Source of the DNA: a virus
Virus record (IMG/VR): IMGVR_UViG_3300010403_000017
Coordinates: 1-40,665 of that record
DNA length: 40,665 nt
Direction: 5' to 3' (one strand)
In this document: positions 7,948-16,446 of the stretch, in pieces
Numbering within the stretch: position 1 is the stretch's first letter
Layout: the number at the start of each line of letters is the position of its first letter
Program-made: the position numbers and the translations under genes
Notes under the pieces: generated by a model
Database searches by the model: none
Seen by the model: the letters and a program-made list of their open reading frames with translations, nothing else
Told to the model about the DNA's origin: nothing

Positions 7948-9730
7948 CTTCCATTTTGTGGTTGTTCTTTTTTGAGACCAGGATCCGGTAGACCTCATTC
8001 AGGAGTTCGCGCGCCTTCTCTTCATACTTCGCGGACCTTGCCGCCGGGGTGCCGCCGTCGGAATTTGGATCTTCAATTGCAGCAGCGGCCGGACCGCCGA
8101 GTGCGATTTCATCGACCTTGAGTTTCAGGCCGAGACTTGAGGCCAGATCCTTTTCGGCTTTGAGCTCGAGATAGATCTCCTCGAGTGTGCCGCCGCGTTC
8201 GGCGATTACCTGCGTCGCAGTCTTGAAGCCGGCCTGTACCTGGAGAATTTCCGCTTCGACATCTTTGAAGGGATCGACCCATTCCCAGCGTCTGCCGATC
8301 CAGTTGGGGCGGCAAAAGTAGCTGAACTTTGCAAGGTCGATTTTGATCTGCCCCTTCATCGCCGCCATCCAGAGCCATTCTCTGAAAATCGGCTTGAGGA
8401 AGGTTTCGATGAAGAACCTCTGGTAGATCCTCCACATATCGCGCTCGATGATCTTCCCGTCGCGAATGGAGGAGTAATTCACATTCTCCAGATCCCCGGT
8501 GAGGGATTCGTAGCTCACGTTGAGGCCGGTCGCTATTCCCCGTAGGGTTGTTTTCATGAAGCTCCCATGTTGGGCGGTCGGATATTCGGGGGCCCAGGGT
8601 GAGAACTTCAACCCGACGGGGAGCTCCTGCAGTGTCCCGGCCGCGGCATCCATGACGAAATTGCCTTCGCCGTCTTTTGCCTGACCGGTGAAACCTTCGG
8701 TGGGCGTGCCGGGGATCCGCTCGAAGAAGCCCATCTTCGAAGCAGAGGCGCGCGCGTTGACGATCGCGGCCTCCTCGTAGCCGGTGAGCATCCGCAGGCG
8801 ATACATCGATTGCACCATCGGGCTCATCCCGCGCGTCTGATTCTCATACTCCTGATCGAATCCGAAAATCAACTGATCGGCCGGGATGATATTATGCGGA
8901 TAGGAGTACGGCAGGCCGCCGTACAATTCCATTTCCGGGATCCGCCTGCGCATGTAATAATTCAGAGGCCTCTTCCACTCATCGAGCTCGACGCCCATCT
9001 TGACGACATTGCCATTCTTGAGGAGCTGCGAATACTGTTCGTCGATCGCTTCGGTCTCAACGAGGCCGAATTTGATCCCGTAGTCGAATTTGCCGTCGAC
9101 GATTTTCTGCAACGCCGCCTCGCCGTCTCTGGCCCAATATTTTGCGAGCATATCCTGCAAGCCCCAGAAGGAGAAGCGCCCGTTGATCGAGCAGTACTCC
9201 TTTTCGCACCACTGCATAAAGGCGTCTTCGATCATCGCATTCGCCGATTCGTCGGCGACGCCTTTGGGGAATTGCTTCGATCGTTCGCCCCTGACATCCA
9301 TCTGGAGCGTGAAACCGTTCGGGCCCACGACGTTGGAGCGTACGAGGTTCACATACTTCTTCGCGTAATCGTTATTCTTGACCAGGTCCCGGGCGCGTTC
9401 TCTGACAATTCGCAGTGAGAGTCGAATGTCCTGATCCGGGCTTACCGGCGCGCTCGTCCAATCATTCGTGAAGCGGGTGAGCTGCGCGGCGGCGAAGGAG
9501 CGTGAAGCGTAGCTTGCTCCTTCGTTGAATTTCTGAACGGCAGTCTGCTTGATCGTTCGCTTCATCGACTTCAGTTCCTTACCGAGCTTGGCGACTTTCT
9601 TCTCCGAGTCACGGCTGATTTCGCCGACCCTGGTGTTCATCTCGCCGCGGACGTCATCGATCTTCGCGATGACTTCCTTCTCTGGAATGAACCCTACCCG
9701 TCGCGCAATATTGTCGATCAGCTTTGCCAC
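7931..9730 (-). CDS. Portal protein, lambda family
   Basis: 599 aa. C-terminal region WVDPFKDVEAEILQVQAGFKTATQVIAERGGTLEEIY is typical of lambda gpB-type portals. Gene order is TerL, portal, protease. Confidence 0.9.
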   Translation of the reverse strand: MAKLIDNIARRVGFIPEKEVIAKIDDVRGEMNTRVGEISRDSEKKVAKLGKELKSMKRTIKQTAVQKFNEGASYASRSFAAAQLTRFTNDWTSAPVSPDQDIRLSLRIVRERARDLVKNNDYAKKYVNLVRSNVVGPNGFTLQMDVRGERSKQFPKGVADESANAMIEDAFMQWCEKEYCSINGRFSFWGLQDMLAKYWARDGEAALQKIVDGKFDYGIKFGLVETEAIDEQYSQLLKNGNVVKMGVELDEWKRPLNYYMRRRIPEMELYGGLPYSYPHNIIPADQLIFGFDQEYENQTRGMSPMVQSMYRLRMLTGYEEAAIVNARASASKMGFFERIPGTPTEGFTGQAKDGEGNFVMDAAAGTLQELPVGLKFSPWAPEYPTAQHGSFMKTTLRGIATGLNVSYESLTGDLENVNYSSIRDGKIIERDMWRIYQRFFIETFLKPIFREWLWMAAMKGQIKIDLAKFSYFCRPNWIGRRWEWVDPFKDVEAEILQVQAGFKTATQVIAERGGTLEEIYLELKAEKDLASSLGLKLKVDEIALGGPAAAAIEDPNSDGGTPAARSAKYEEKARELLNEVYRILVSKKNNHKMEDAHAE

Positions 9731-9733
9731 TTT

Positions 9734-10336
9734 TTAGAATTGGATTTTGATTGTGTTGCCCGGACTTTTGCCCTGCTCAATCAGGGTCCGTTGAGCTTCG
9801 ATCTTTACCTCTTCTTCGTAATGTTTGCGCCAGGTGTAGAGCTCTTCGGGTGAGAGCCTGGAGAGCGACCTTTGATTGATTCCGCTTCCGATCGTGTACT
9901 GCGATTCTTCCTTCGTCGCGCGCCCGAGCTCCGTCGCCTTGATGGCATCGAGCATCTTCTGGTTGTGGCTCCGGACATCATAGCCGGCGCCTTGTAACCG
10001 GAAATTTCTCAGGACTTCGGTCTGTCCGGTTTCGACGGTGTATTGTTCCGTCCCCCGGGTGACGAACGCCTGATACTGGTATTTGCCGGGTGTCCAGGTA
10101 GTGGTTACTGCCGGGGCAAGATTGAAAAGATGGTCGTTCCCGCTTGCGGTCGAAGTGATCGATATGGGATTATTCCCGGCCAGGGCATACTTGAGTATCC
10201 ATCCATCGCTCGGCGGATACGCGATCAGCGTATCACGCCAGGTGATGGTGTCGCCAGCTTGCAATGTGACCGGGATGTTCAGTGCGTGTCCCTTTCGCGT
10301 GAAATAAAAAAGCCTTGACTGCTTGCGCGCAATCAA
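9734..10336 (-). CDS. Head-tail joining protein with a gpW-like C-terminal domain and an extra beta-rich N-terminal domain (start uncertain)
   Basis: The last 75 aa or so (MLDAIKATELGRA..YTIGSGINQRSLSRLSPEELYTWRKHYEEEV) follow the lambda gpW pattern. The listed start is a TTG inside a terminator hairpin. No ATG or GTG occurs in the first 130 codons. Confidence 0.5.
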   Translation of the reverse strand: MIARKQSRLFYFTRKGHALNIPVTLQAGDTITWRDTLIAYPPSDGWILKYALAGNNPISITSTASGNDHLFNLAPAVTTTWTPGKYQYQAFVTRGTEQYTVETGQTEVLRNFRLQGAGYDVRSHNQKMLDAIKATELGRATKEESQYTIGSGINQRSLSRLSPEELYTWRKHYEEEVKIEAQRTLIEQGKSPGNTIKIQF

Positions 10337-10340
10337 GGCT
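10301..10340 (-). terminator. Rho-independent terminator on the minus strand
   Basis: Minus strand: AGCCTTGA / 14-nt loop containing TTGCGCGCAA / TCAAGGCT, followed by TTTTTATTTC. Confidence 0.65.
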
Positions 10341-10426
10341 CAAAAGTTGGAGGGGCTGTGATCAGCAGCTCCTGCCGGTGTCGGTTCTTATGGGATCAAA
10401 TGTCGATGATTGGTGGGGAAATAGCT

Positions 10427-10451
10427 ACCGAGAAATACCGAGAAATTTCTC
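10427..10451. repeat. Tandem 10-bp duplication (accgagaaat x2) running into a 12-bp perfect palindrome GAGAAATTTCTC
   Basis: Read directly at 10427..10446 and 10440..10451, in a noncoding stretch of about 170 bp with visibly lower GC. Confidence 0.85.
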
Positions 10452-10508
10452 TAAAAAATGGCGAATCCAAAATAGATTGAGGGTTTTACAAAAACGAGGC
10501 TTGAAGGC

Positions 10509-10856
10509 TTACTGCAGGTTATTCGAAATACGGATTTTTTTCTCCGTGATTAGATGCTTATAGATCTCCGGCAAGGCTTCTCCTGGCATCGGTATTAGAC
10601 GTGGCTCCCAATCATTACCGTCGACATATTTTTGCCAGGTATGACGACTGAAGATTGGAAGAAGTGCCTTACGGCACGTAGCCAATATTTCCCATTGTGG
10701 AATACCATTGTCCCAGTAGCCTATTCGCCGGCCCCTCAGCTCACACAATCCGCCACATTTAGAGCAGTGATATCCGGCGGCGCGAAGTATTCGAAGACGA
10801 CGGAGCATTTCCTTTAATTCAAGATCGTCAATGGTGATAGTCATATCACATCCCAT
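10509..10856 (-). CDS. Hypothetical Cys-rich protein (moron gene)
   Basis: About 115 aa (ATG 10856, or 10844 with AGGATGGGA upstream). Contains HCSKCGGLC. GC is visibly lower than in the neighbours. Followed by a noncoding region and a terminator. Confidence 0.5.
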   Translation of the reverse strand: MGCDMTITIDDLELKEMLRRLRILRAAGYHCSKCGGLCELRGRRIGYWDNGIPQWEILATCRKALLPIFSRHTWQKYVDGNDWEPRLIPMPGEALPEIYKHLITEKKIRISNNLQ

Positions 10857-10858
10857 CC

Positions 10859-11098
10859 TTACCAATCCCTCACAAAGTTCGTCCGTTGTTGAAAGAGTCG
10901 TTTCTTCCCGGGGCCATTGGGATCTTCCTCGGTCCTGACTTCCACCCTGAAGGTGATGATCTCCTTGAGCTCGACGGTTTTGACCGCGGCGAAGTAGCGA
11001 TTGCACACTTCGGTGTAACTCAGATTCAATTCGCCGGCGAGCTGGCGGATCTTCTTCGAGTTGTCTTCGTTGAATTCTATCGTGACCGGCGCGTCCAT
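10859..11098 (-). CDS. Small protein with a possible ribbon-helix-helix N-terminus
   Basis: 79 aa. PVTIEF (strand), then SKKIRQLAGELN (helix), then SYTEVCNRYFAAV (helix), as in Arc/CopG-type folds. Stops 2 nt before the next gene. Confidence 0.45.
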   Translation of the reverse strand: MDAPVTIEFNEDNSKKIRQLAGELNLSYTEVCNRYFAAVKTVELKEIITFRVEVRTEEDPNGPGKKRLFQQRTNFVRDW

Positions 11099-11108
11099 GT
11101 TTTTCGCT

Positions 11109-13085
11109 CTACCAGTTATTCACAAAATTCTTGCGCGGAGGTCCGGTGCGCGGGCCCGCGGGCCGCGGAGGCGGAGGTGGCTTTTCCGGTCCGCCTTTGG
11201 GTTCGTCGGGTGAGTCATCTTTCCTCATCAGCTCCAGTTGCTCGGCCAAGCGCTCCTCGAGCTTTTCGAATGTCGGGTTTAAGAGCGTGACGGCCGCGAG
11301 ATTGCCGACGTAGCAATCCAAGACTTCGTTGCGTCGCTCCTTCTTCAGCACCCATTTCAATTTCGGATATCCCGCCGGCGTCTTGTCGGTGATGCGCTTC
11401 TCGCTCGTGAGCTGATTGAAGAAATCCTGCGTGCAGTTCTTGTTGAAATGCATCCAACCGGGCGGCGCGGGCTCCTCCTTTGCCTTGATCATGCCGAGCC
11501 GATCATAGAGGCGCGTCTTCAGCGCATCGACAGCGATCACCGCAAAGCGCGCGTTGTGCCGTTTCTCATATTTCACGTCGATGATGAACGGTTTCTTAAA
11601 TCCCTCGTCGCCCTTGGTCGCAAAGAATCTCCTCTTCTGGTTCTTCTTGACATAGCGATAGACATTGTCGGTCGAATATCCGGAGTCTATGCAGACGCAG
11701 TTGAGTCCGTTGCTTGACCAAGGCTTCAGTATCAACCCGCTTTCATGCTTCCTCTCAAGTGCGAGATACTCATCGAGCTCCTCCCAGGTCCGCTCCCTCT
11801 CCGGAGATCCGATAAGGAAGCGCCGATCGATAAACCAATTTTCGTAATTCTTCCCCCAACCGAGGATTATCACCTCGAGGCGGTCCGCCTGCACATCGAC
11901 GAAGGCGGTAAGGACGAGCACGCCGTTGGGCACGTCGGTGTACTCTTCGACCCTGGAGAGGAGGCTTCCTTCATCGATCTCGTAGCTCTTGTCCTCGATG
12001 AACGTCTCGGCCAGGCGTTGATTGATGAACACGCGCAGCAGTTCCCTGCTCCTCCTGGAGCTCAGGAAATCCTTGATCATATCGTACCAGGAGGAGAAGG
12101 GCGAGATGAGCTCGTTGATATGGAATCCGGCATGGGTGAGAACTTCCGGTCTGAATTTGTTCCAGAGGCCGCCTCTGATCATGCCGAGCTTATATTTTTC
12201 CTCGATTTTCCCGTGGCAGTTTTCGCATTCGTAGTAGTACCATGCAAGGTTATCGGTGTCGAATCTGAGAGAGCCGTTACTGAGGGAGGCAAACTGCGAT
12301 TCGTTGGAGAAGATGAGGAGTTGACTGAAGGTGCAGATTGGGCATGGAACAAAATAATGGCGTTGGTCGCTCTCGAAATACTCCTGCTCGATCCTGGAAA
12401 GACCCCGGATCGTCGGGCTGCTCACCTTCACGATCTTCCGGTGGTGGTAGGTATACGTCAGGGTGCGGTTCCGGGCGAGCTTTATCTGGTCCCCCTCCCT
12501 GCCGGCGGACGGTTCATAGCGATCGATATCGTCCAGGAAGGCTCTCTGAATCGTCTTCTGACTGAAGCCGGCGGCGCTATTGGAGCCGATGACGTAAAGG
12601 ATTCCGCCCGGGTACGTCTTGCGCAGGATCTCGTTGTGGCGGTCCTTGATCTTTTCGGATGATACTTTGGCCCGGAGGCAGGAGGTGTCGCGGACCATGG
12701 TATCGAAATGCGCCTTTGACCAGTCGCGGGCTTCCTCTTTGCCCGGCTCGACGACCAGCATCGGGCCCGGGTCTTGATCGATGAAATATCCGACCGGGTT
12801 ATCGATCGCGGTCTGGGTTCCCCCCGTCCTTACCGACTTCATGAGCGTCACTTCCTCCACCAGGGGATCGGTGATGACGTCCATGATCTCCCTTTGGAAT
12901 TCCGCCTTGCTTGTCTGCCACTGACCGCTTTCGGCGCTTACCTCGGCGCTGAGCTTTCGGTTGCGGTCTGCCCATTCGCTCACTTTTAACTTTGGCGGCG
13001 CCCGGTATATCCCGAAGGAGAGCACGATCGCCTCCTGAAGCTTTGCCAATGCTGAAGAGTCGGACCGGAATTGAAGCGAGCTCAT
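11109..13085 (-). CDS. terL: Terminase large subunit, lambda GpA type
   Basis: 658 aa. The N-terminus is colinear with lambda gpA (EWADRNRKLS...GQW...FQREIMDV...V..MKSVRTGGTQ). Strong RBS GGAGGG 6 nt upstream of ATG 13085. Confidence 0.93.
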   Translation of the reverse strand: MSSLQFRSDSSALAKLQEAIVLSFGIYRAPPKLKVSEWADRNRKLSAEVSAESGQWQTSKAEFQREIMDVITDPLVEEVTLMKSVRTGGTQTAIDNPVGYFIDQDPGPMLVVEPGKEEARDWSKAHFDTMVRDTSCLRAKVSSEKIKDRHNEILRKTYPGGILYVIGSNSAAGFSQKTIQRAFLDDIDRYEPSAGREGDQIKLARNRTLTYTYHHRKIVKVSSPTIRGLSRIEQEYFESDQRHYFVPCPICTFSQLLIFSNESQFASLSNGSLRFDTDNLAWYYYECENCHGKIEEKYKLGMIRGGLWNKFRPEVLTHAGFHINELISPFSSWYDMIKDFLSSRRSRELLRVFINQRLAETFIEDKSYEIDEGSLLSRVEEYTDVPNGVLVLTAFVDVQADRLEVIILGWGKNYENWFIDRRFLIGSPERERTWEELDEYLALERKHESGLILKPWSSNGLNCVCIDSGYSTDNVYRYVKKNQKRRFFATKGDEGFKKPFIIDVKYEKRHNARFAVIAVDALKTRLYDRLGMIKAKEEPAPPGWMHFNKNCTQDFFNQLTSEKRITDKTPAGYPKLKWVLKKERRNEVLDCYVGNLAAVTLLNPTFEKLEERLAEQLELMRKDDSPDEPKGGPEKPPPPPRPAGPRTGPPRKNFVNNW

Positions 13086-13545
13086 CTAAAACCCTCCGCA
13101 TGTAATCATCCAGGTAGGCCTCGAGCGTAGGATCGCCGCGCTCTCTGGCGGCATGCTTCGATATTCCGAGGATTGTCGAACGGGTTGACACGATAACCGG
13201 GTCAATGATTTTGGGCAGATCTTCGACAACGATAACTTCAGAGCGTTCTTTTGCCAGTGTGATCTCAAGAAGATCCGCCTGATACTTCGCTTTACGCTCC
13301 TCGCTATGCTGGAGTGTTCCGGCGCCACCGCGCTCCTCCCTTTCTTTGACGTACTGCTCGTTCTTGTAAGCGATATACCACTTGAGGCAGGCGACGAGAT
13401 CATACCGCCCTCGATCGAGCTTCGGTAATTGCTTCTCCTTCGTCAGCTGATTGATCCAACGTTTCGTGACATCGAATCCGATCGATGTGAATTCTTTCGC
13501 GAGCTCCTCGAGAGAGATCCTTATGAGGCGAGTTCGCTTTGCCAT
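12799..13545 (-). CDS. terS: Terminase small subunit, Nu1-like (the ORF runs 287 nt into terL)
   Basis: N-terminal HTH, YDLVACLKWYI, and a LDELAS region colinear with lambda Nu1. After about aa 155 the sequence turns Arg/Gly/Lys-rich and lies out of frame over terL. Confidence 0.75.
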   Translation of the reverse strand: MAKRTRLIRISLEELAKEFTSIGFDVTKRWINQLTKEKQLPKLDRGRYDLVACLKWYIAYKNEQYVKEREERGGAGTLQHSEERKAKYQADLLEITLAKERSEVIVVEDLPKIIDPVIVSTRSTILGISKHAARERGDPTLEAYLDDYMRRVLDELASIPVRLFSIGKASGGDRALLRDIPGAAKVKSERMGRPQPKAQRRGKRRKRSVADKQGGIPKGDHGRHHRSPGGGSDAHEVGKDGGNPDRDR

Positions 13546-13651
13546 ATCGTATGAGGCTCATAGATGAATGTAATTGCAACTTTTATTTGTAATGGAATAG
13601 AAGTGCATCAAATTTCGTTTGAAAACTGCAGGAATTCCGCATCGCAAACGC

Positions 13652-13684
13652 ACCCGCGTAGGAAAGTCGGGGAAGGACCCGCGT
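13652..13684. repeat. Two ACCCGCGT direct repeats 25 bp apart in the AT-rich region upstream of terS (candidate cosB or TerS-binding sites)
   Basis: ACCCGCGT at 13652..13659 and 13677..13684. Lambda-type genomes place cos just upstream of Nu1. Confidence 0.35.
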
Positions 13685-13774
13685 CACAATATAGCGAATC
13701 GGTTTACTCATGATGGTCATTGATCACATCACTCATGCTCACGCAACGATAGGATGTGACATACAGTTCCATCG

Positions 13775-14632
13775 CTATATGGTGGCAGTTGGTTCATCAC
13801 TCCACTCCACCCCATCGAGCAGGAGGCCTGCTTCCTTCTTGCCAACCCTCTTGCCTTCGGCATTGTATTCTCCCCACTGCTTGAAGAAGAACGGTACACC
13901 ATACCGCTTACATTGGTCCCTGAGATCGCATGCCCACTCTGGATTCATCGGCCTTGCATTATGTCCTGATTCACCGCCGACAACGACCCAGTTGAGCACA
14001 TACCTCATGCAACGGGTTAGATGTTCCCTTACGCCCTGGGGATACATGGACTGTATACCTGGCATGAATGGCGCCTGAAGGTCTATCCTACCCAGTAGGG
14101 GCTCGAGACTCACCCACCTTCTCTCGGCCCTGATTGATGCCAATATGGGTAGTCTCTCATTGGCTGCGTTCTGATCCTCAATCGACACGCCTATCCAGAT
14201 CCGTTCAGATAATGGGGATTTCTCCCACTTGAGATATGCCTTGAGATAGGCGGCCATACGTGCAGGTCGCTTGGTTAATACCTGGAACTGGTGCTGACGT
14301 GCGGCGAGCATCACCGCGAATATCCTATCGATCGCATTTGAAGGCACGCTCTCATGGAAGAGATCACTCATTGAATTGACGAATATCCGGCGCGGCCGTT
14401 TCCACCGAAGGGGCAGGTCCATGGCTTCCTTGACAAGCCTCACCTCGCCGGTCCAGTTGAGCTCATTTCCTTGCTTCTTCGTTATTCCCTTGTAACGCTC
14501 AGTCCCCATTGCTGCATTGCGATAGGCCGTCCTTATTGCATAACAATTGCGACACCCCTCACTCACCTTGGTACAACCTACAATCGGATTCCACGTCGCA
14601 TCTGTCCACTCAATAGCCGAATTGTCACCCAT
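13775..14632 (-). CDS. Phage Gp37/Gp68 family protein (DUF5131)
   Basis: The N-terminus IEWTDATWNPIVGCTKVSEGCRNCYA is the family signature as I recall it. ATG 14632 with AAGGAG 7 nt upstream (the listed 14638 start is a TTG). Confidence 0.85.
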   Translation of the reverse strand: MGDNSAIEWTDATWNPIVGCTKVSEGCRNCYAIRTAYRNAAMGTERYKGITKKQGNELNWTGEVRLVKEAMDLPLRWKRPRRIFVNSMSDLFHESVPSNAIDRIFAVMLAARQHQFQVLTKRPARMAAYLKAYLKWEKSPLSERIWIGVSIEDQNAANERLPILASIRAERRWVSLEPLLGRIDLQAPFMPGIQSMYPQGVREHLTRCMRYVLNWVVVGGESGHNARPMNPEWACDLRDQCKRYGVPFFFKQWGEYNAEGKRVGKKEAGLLLDGVEWSDEPTATI

Positions 14633-14634
14633 CT

Positions 14635-15228
14635 TCAAACTCCTTTGGCGGCTGAGGAAATGGGGAGGATCGTGGTCTTCTCCTTCACCTGCTTCAACCT
14701 GACGTACCGCTTACCTTCTTCGTTGGTGAAATACTCATAAGGCCCAATGAAAGAGCACAGCTTATCCAGATACCTCTTTATCACCTGCTGGCTACAACCT
14801 GCATGCATAGCCCCTCCATTAATCGCATCTGCTAAGGCAATCATCCCTACCTCTTCTATAATAGACTCAAGCCAAGCCGTAAACTTGGGCTCACACAGTA
14901 TATTCTTTTGCATCTCAATACTGCCTGCCCGCAACCTCATCCCATCACTCTCTATCGCGTCCTCTCCCGCCCCCTCCTTCTCTATATACTTCATCCCGGC
15001 GCTCGGTTCGGTTTTGGGCCGGTTCGGCCCGCGGGGATGCATTTTTCTATGACAAGAATGGCATAATCCGATCCAGTTCGATCCGTCGGCTGGGTTGTTT
15101 TCGTAGTTATCGTCAAGGTGATGTAGCTCGCGGGCCGGGCGTTTACCGCAGTCGATGCAGAGTAATCCGTCCCGCCTGGTGCAGAAATTCAGTGCCGCCT
15201 TCGCCTTTTTGGCGCTCATCCTGGGCAT
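14635..15228 (-). CDS. HNH endonuclease with a C-terminal extension of about 120 aa
   Basis: CIDCG ... HHLDDNYENN ... CHSCHRKMH (Cys4 plus His-Asn-His pattern) in the first 70 aa. Confidence 0.8.
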   Translation of the reverse strand: MPRMSAKKAKAALNFCTRRDGLLCIDCGKRPARELHHLDDNYENNPADGSNWIGLCHSCHRKMHPRGPNRPKTEPSAGMKYIEKEGAGEDAIESDGMRLRAGSIEMQKNILCEPKFTAWLESIIEEVGMIALADAINGGAMHAGCSQQVIKRYLDKLCSFIGPYEYFTNEEGKRYVRLKQVKEKTTILPISSAAKGV

Positions 15229-15263
15229 TCGTCGATACCTATATAATAGTGTACAGTTAAAGA

Positions 15264-15539
15264 TCAGCTATTAAACTGCATACGCTCAATTTCGGTCAGC
15301 CTTCGCAGTAGCGACATTGGAACTCGTTTGAGCTTGAGCGGCATAATACCACGCCGAAAGATCTTTTTCTTAATCCAATTCGTGAATGATTTCCGATCAA
15401 CAATGGAATATTCGATGTCTGCCGAAGGTATAGCCGGATGATGTGCTTGGATGTTGTGAACCTTAGTGACGACAGCAGATTGCTTCGATGTGCAATCCGT
15501 GTGGAATTTCACACGATCACCCTTCTCAAGAATGTTCAT
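15264..15539 (-). CDS. Hypothetical protein (91 aa)
   Basis: ORF only. Visibly lower GC than the genome average. Confidence 0.45.
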   Translation of the reverse strand: MNILEKGDRVKFHTDCTSKQSAVVTKVHNIQAHHPAIPSADIEYSIVDRKSFTNWIKKKIFRRGIMPLKLKRVPMSLLRRLTEIERMQFNS

Positions 15540-15564
15540 TACAGCCCTTTAAGTAATTGAGTGT

Positions 15565-16083
15565 CTAATTGTCTGAAAATTGCTCGCCGCGTGATTTCGC
15601 CTGGCGCTTCGGGTTCTCCTCGGGATCCGAGAAGATCTTCCCCTGGTTGCGTTCACCATTGACGTATCCCTGGGCATACTCCATGAGCTTGTCCAGCTTG
15701 GTGACGCAGGCGTTCGATAAGCAGCTGATCCGGTTGGTGTCGCCGGTATCCGGGACCGCAGGCTTGTATGGCGAATGAATATTGAACGGCGACCGGCTTT
15801 TCTTCAGCGTCTTGGTGGCCGATATCAGGGCTCCCCAGATATCCTCGTCGTGATTGAACGTCACCCCGACGATCGCGAGGCCCTTAACGAAGTCTTCCTG
15901 GAGTTCGCAGATCTCGACCAGATCCGCCTTGAGCGATTGGAGTGTGGTGTAGAATTCCGGTCGGGCCGGCTCGCAGCAATCGACAACGAACTTATTGATT
16001 TTCACCTCGTCGCCTTTGGTGAAGCGCGTTTGGTACTCGATCTTGACGCGGTCCTCTTTGACGTGGATCTTTGTTATCTGCAT
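15565..16083 (-). CDS. Hypothetical protein (172 aa)
   Basis: ORF with protein-like composition in the early operon. No motif recognised. Confidence 0.55.
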   Translation of the reverse strand: MQITKIHVKEDRVKIEYQTRFTKGDEVKINKFVVDCCEPARPEFYTTLQSLKADLVEICELQEDFVKGLAIVGVTFNHDEDIWGALISATKTLKKSRSPFNIHSPYKPAVPDTGDTNRISCLSNACVTKLDKLMEYAQGYVNGERNQGKIFSDPEENPKRQAKSRGEQFSDN

Positions 16084-16092
16084 TCGTTCTCC

Positions 16093-16446
16093 TTATGCGG
16101 CCGCGGCCTCTTCCTTCTTCAGTTCGTAACGCGCGGTGTAGATGTGCGCGATCGTGATCTTCCCAGCCATCTCCTTGAGGATCTCATCGTTCGACCGACC
16201 CTTCGCGATGAGAACACGCAAGGCATTCTTATGCTCGGGCAAAATGCGATTCCTGATTTTCTCGACATGCTTCGCAGGCTTCTCTTTCTTCACCTTCCCC
16301 GCCTTCTTAACCTTTGGCACGGAAACTGCTGGGGGGGGGATTTCTGCCTTATCGTAGAGAGCCAGCACCCCATTGATGGTATCGAGCTCGTTTTGCAGTT
16401 TGGCGGCGTGCTCTTTCAGTGGTTTCAGCCATTCATGGTTCGGCAT
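16093..16446 (-). CDS. Hypothetical protein, Lys-rich centre, possible C-terminal HTH
   Basis: 117 aa. Abuts the upstream stop (16447). Confidence 0.5.
   Translation of the reverse strand: MPNHEWLKPLKEHAAKLQNELDTINGVLALYDKAEIPPPAVSVPKVKKAGKVKKEKPAKHVEKIRNRILPEHKNALRVLIAKGRSNDEILKEMAGKITIAHIYTARYELKKEEAAAA

Noticed and set aside
11745-12662. Long plus-strand ORFs antisense to minus-strand genes (for example 11745..12662 at 305 aa, 19999..20796 at 265 aa, 30207..31034 at 275 aa, 15775..16515 at 246 aa, 8810..9418 at 202 aa).
   Set aside because: They lie fully inside well-supported minus-strand genes (terL, ATPase, GH18 protein, portal). Their composition is Arg/Gly/Asp/Leu-rich and low in complexity, typical of shadow frames in GC-rich DNA. 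They have no RBS or operon logic.
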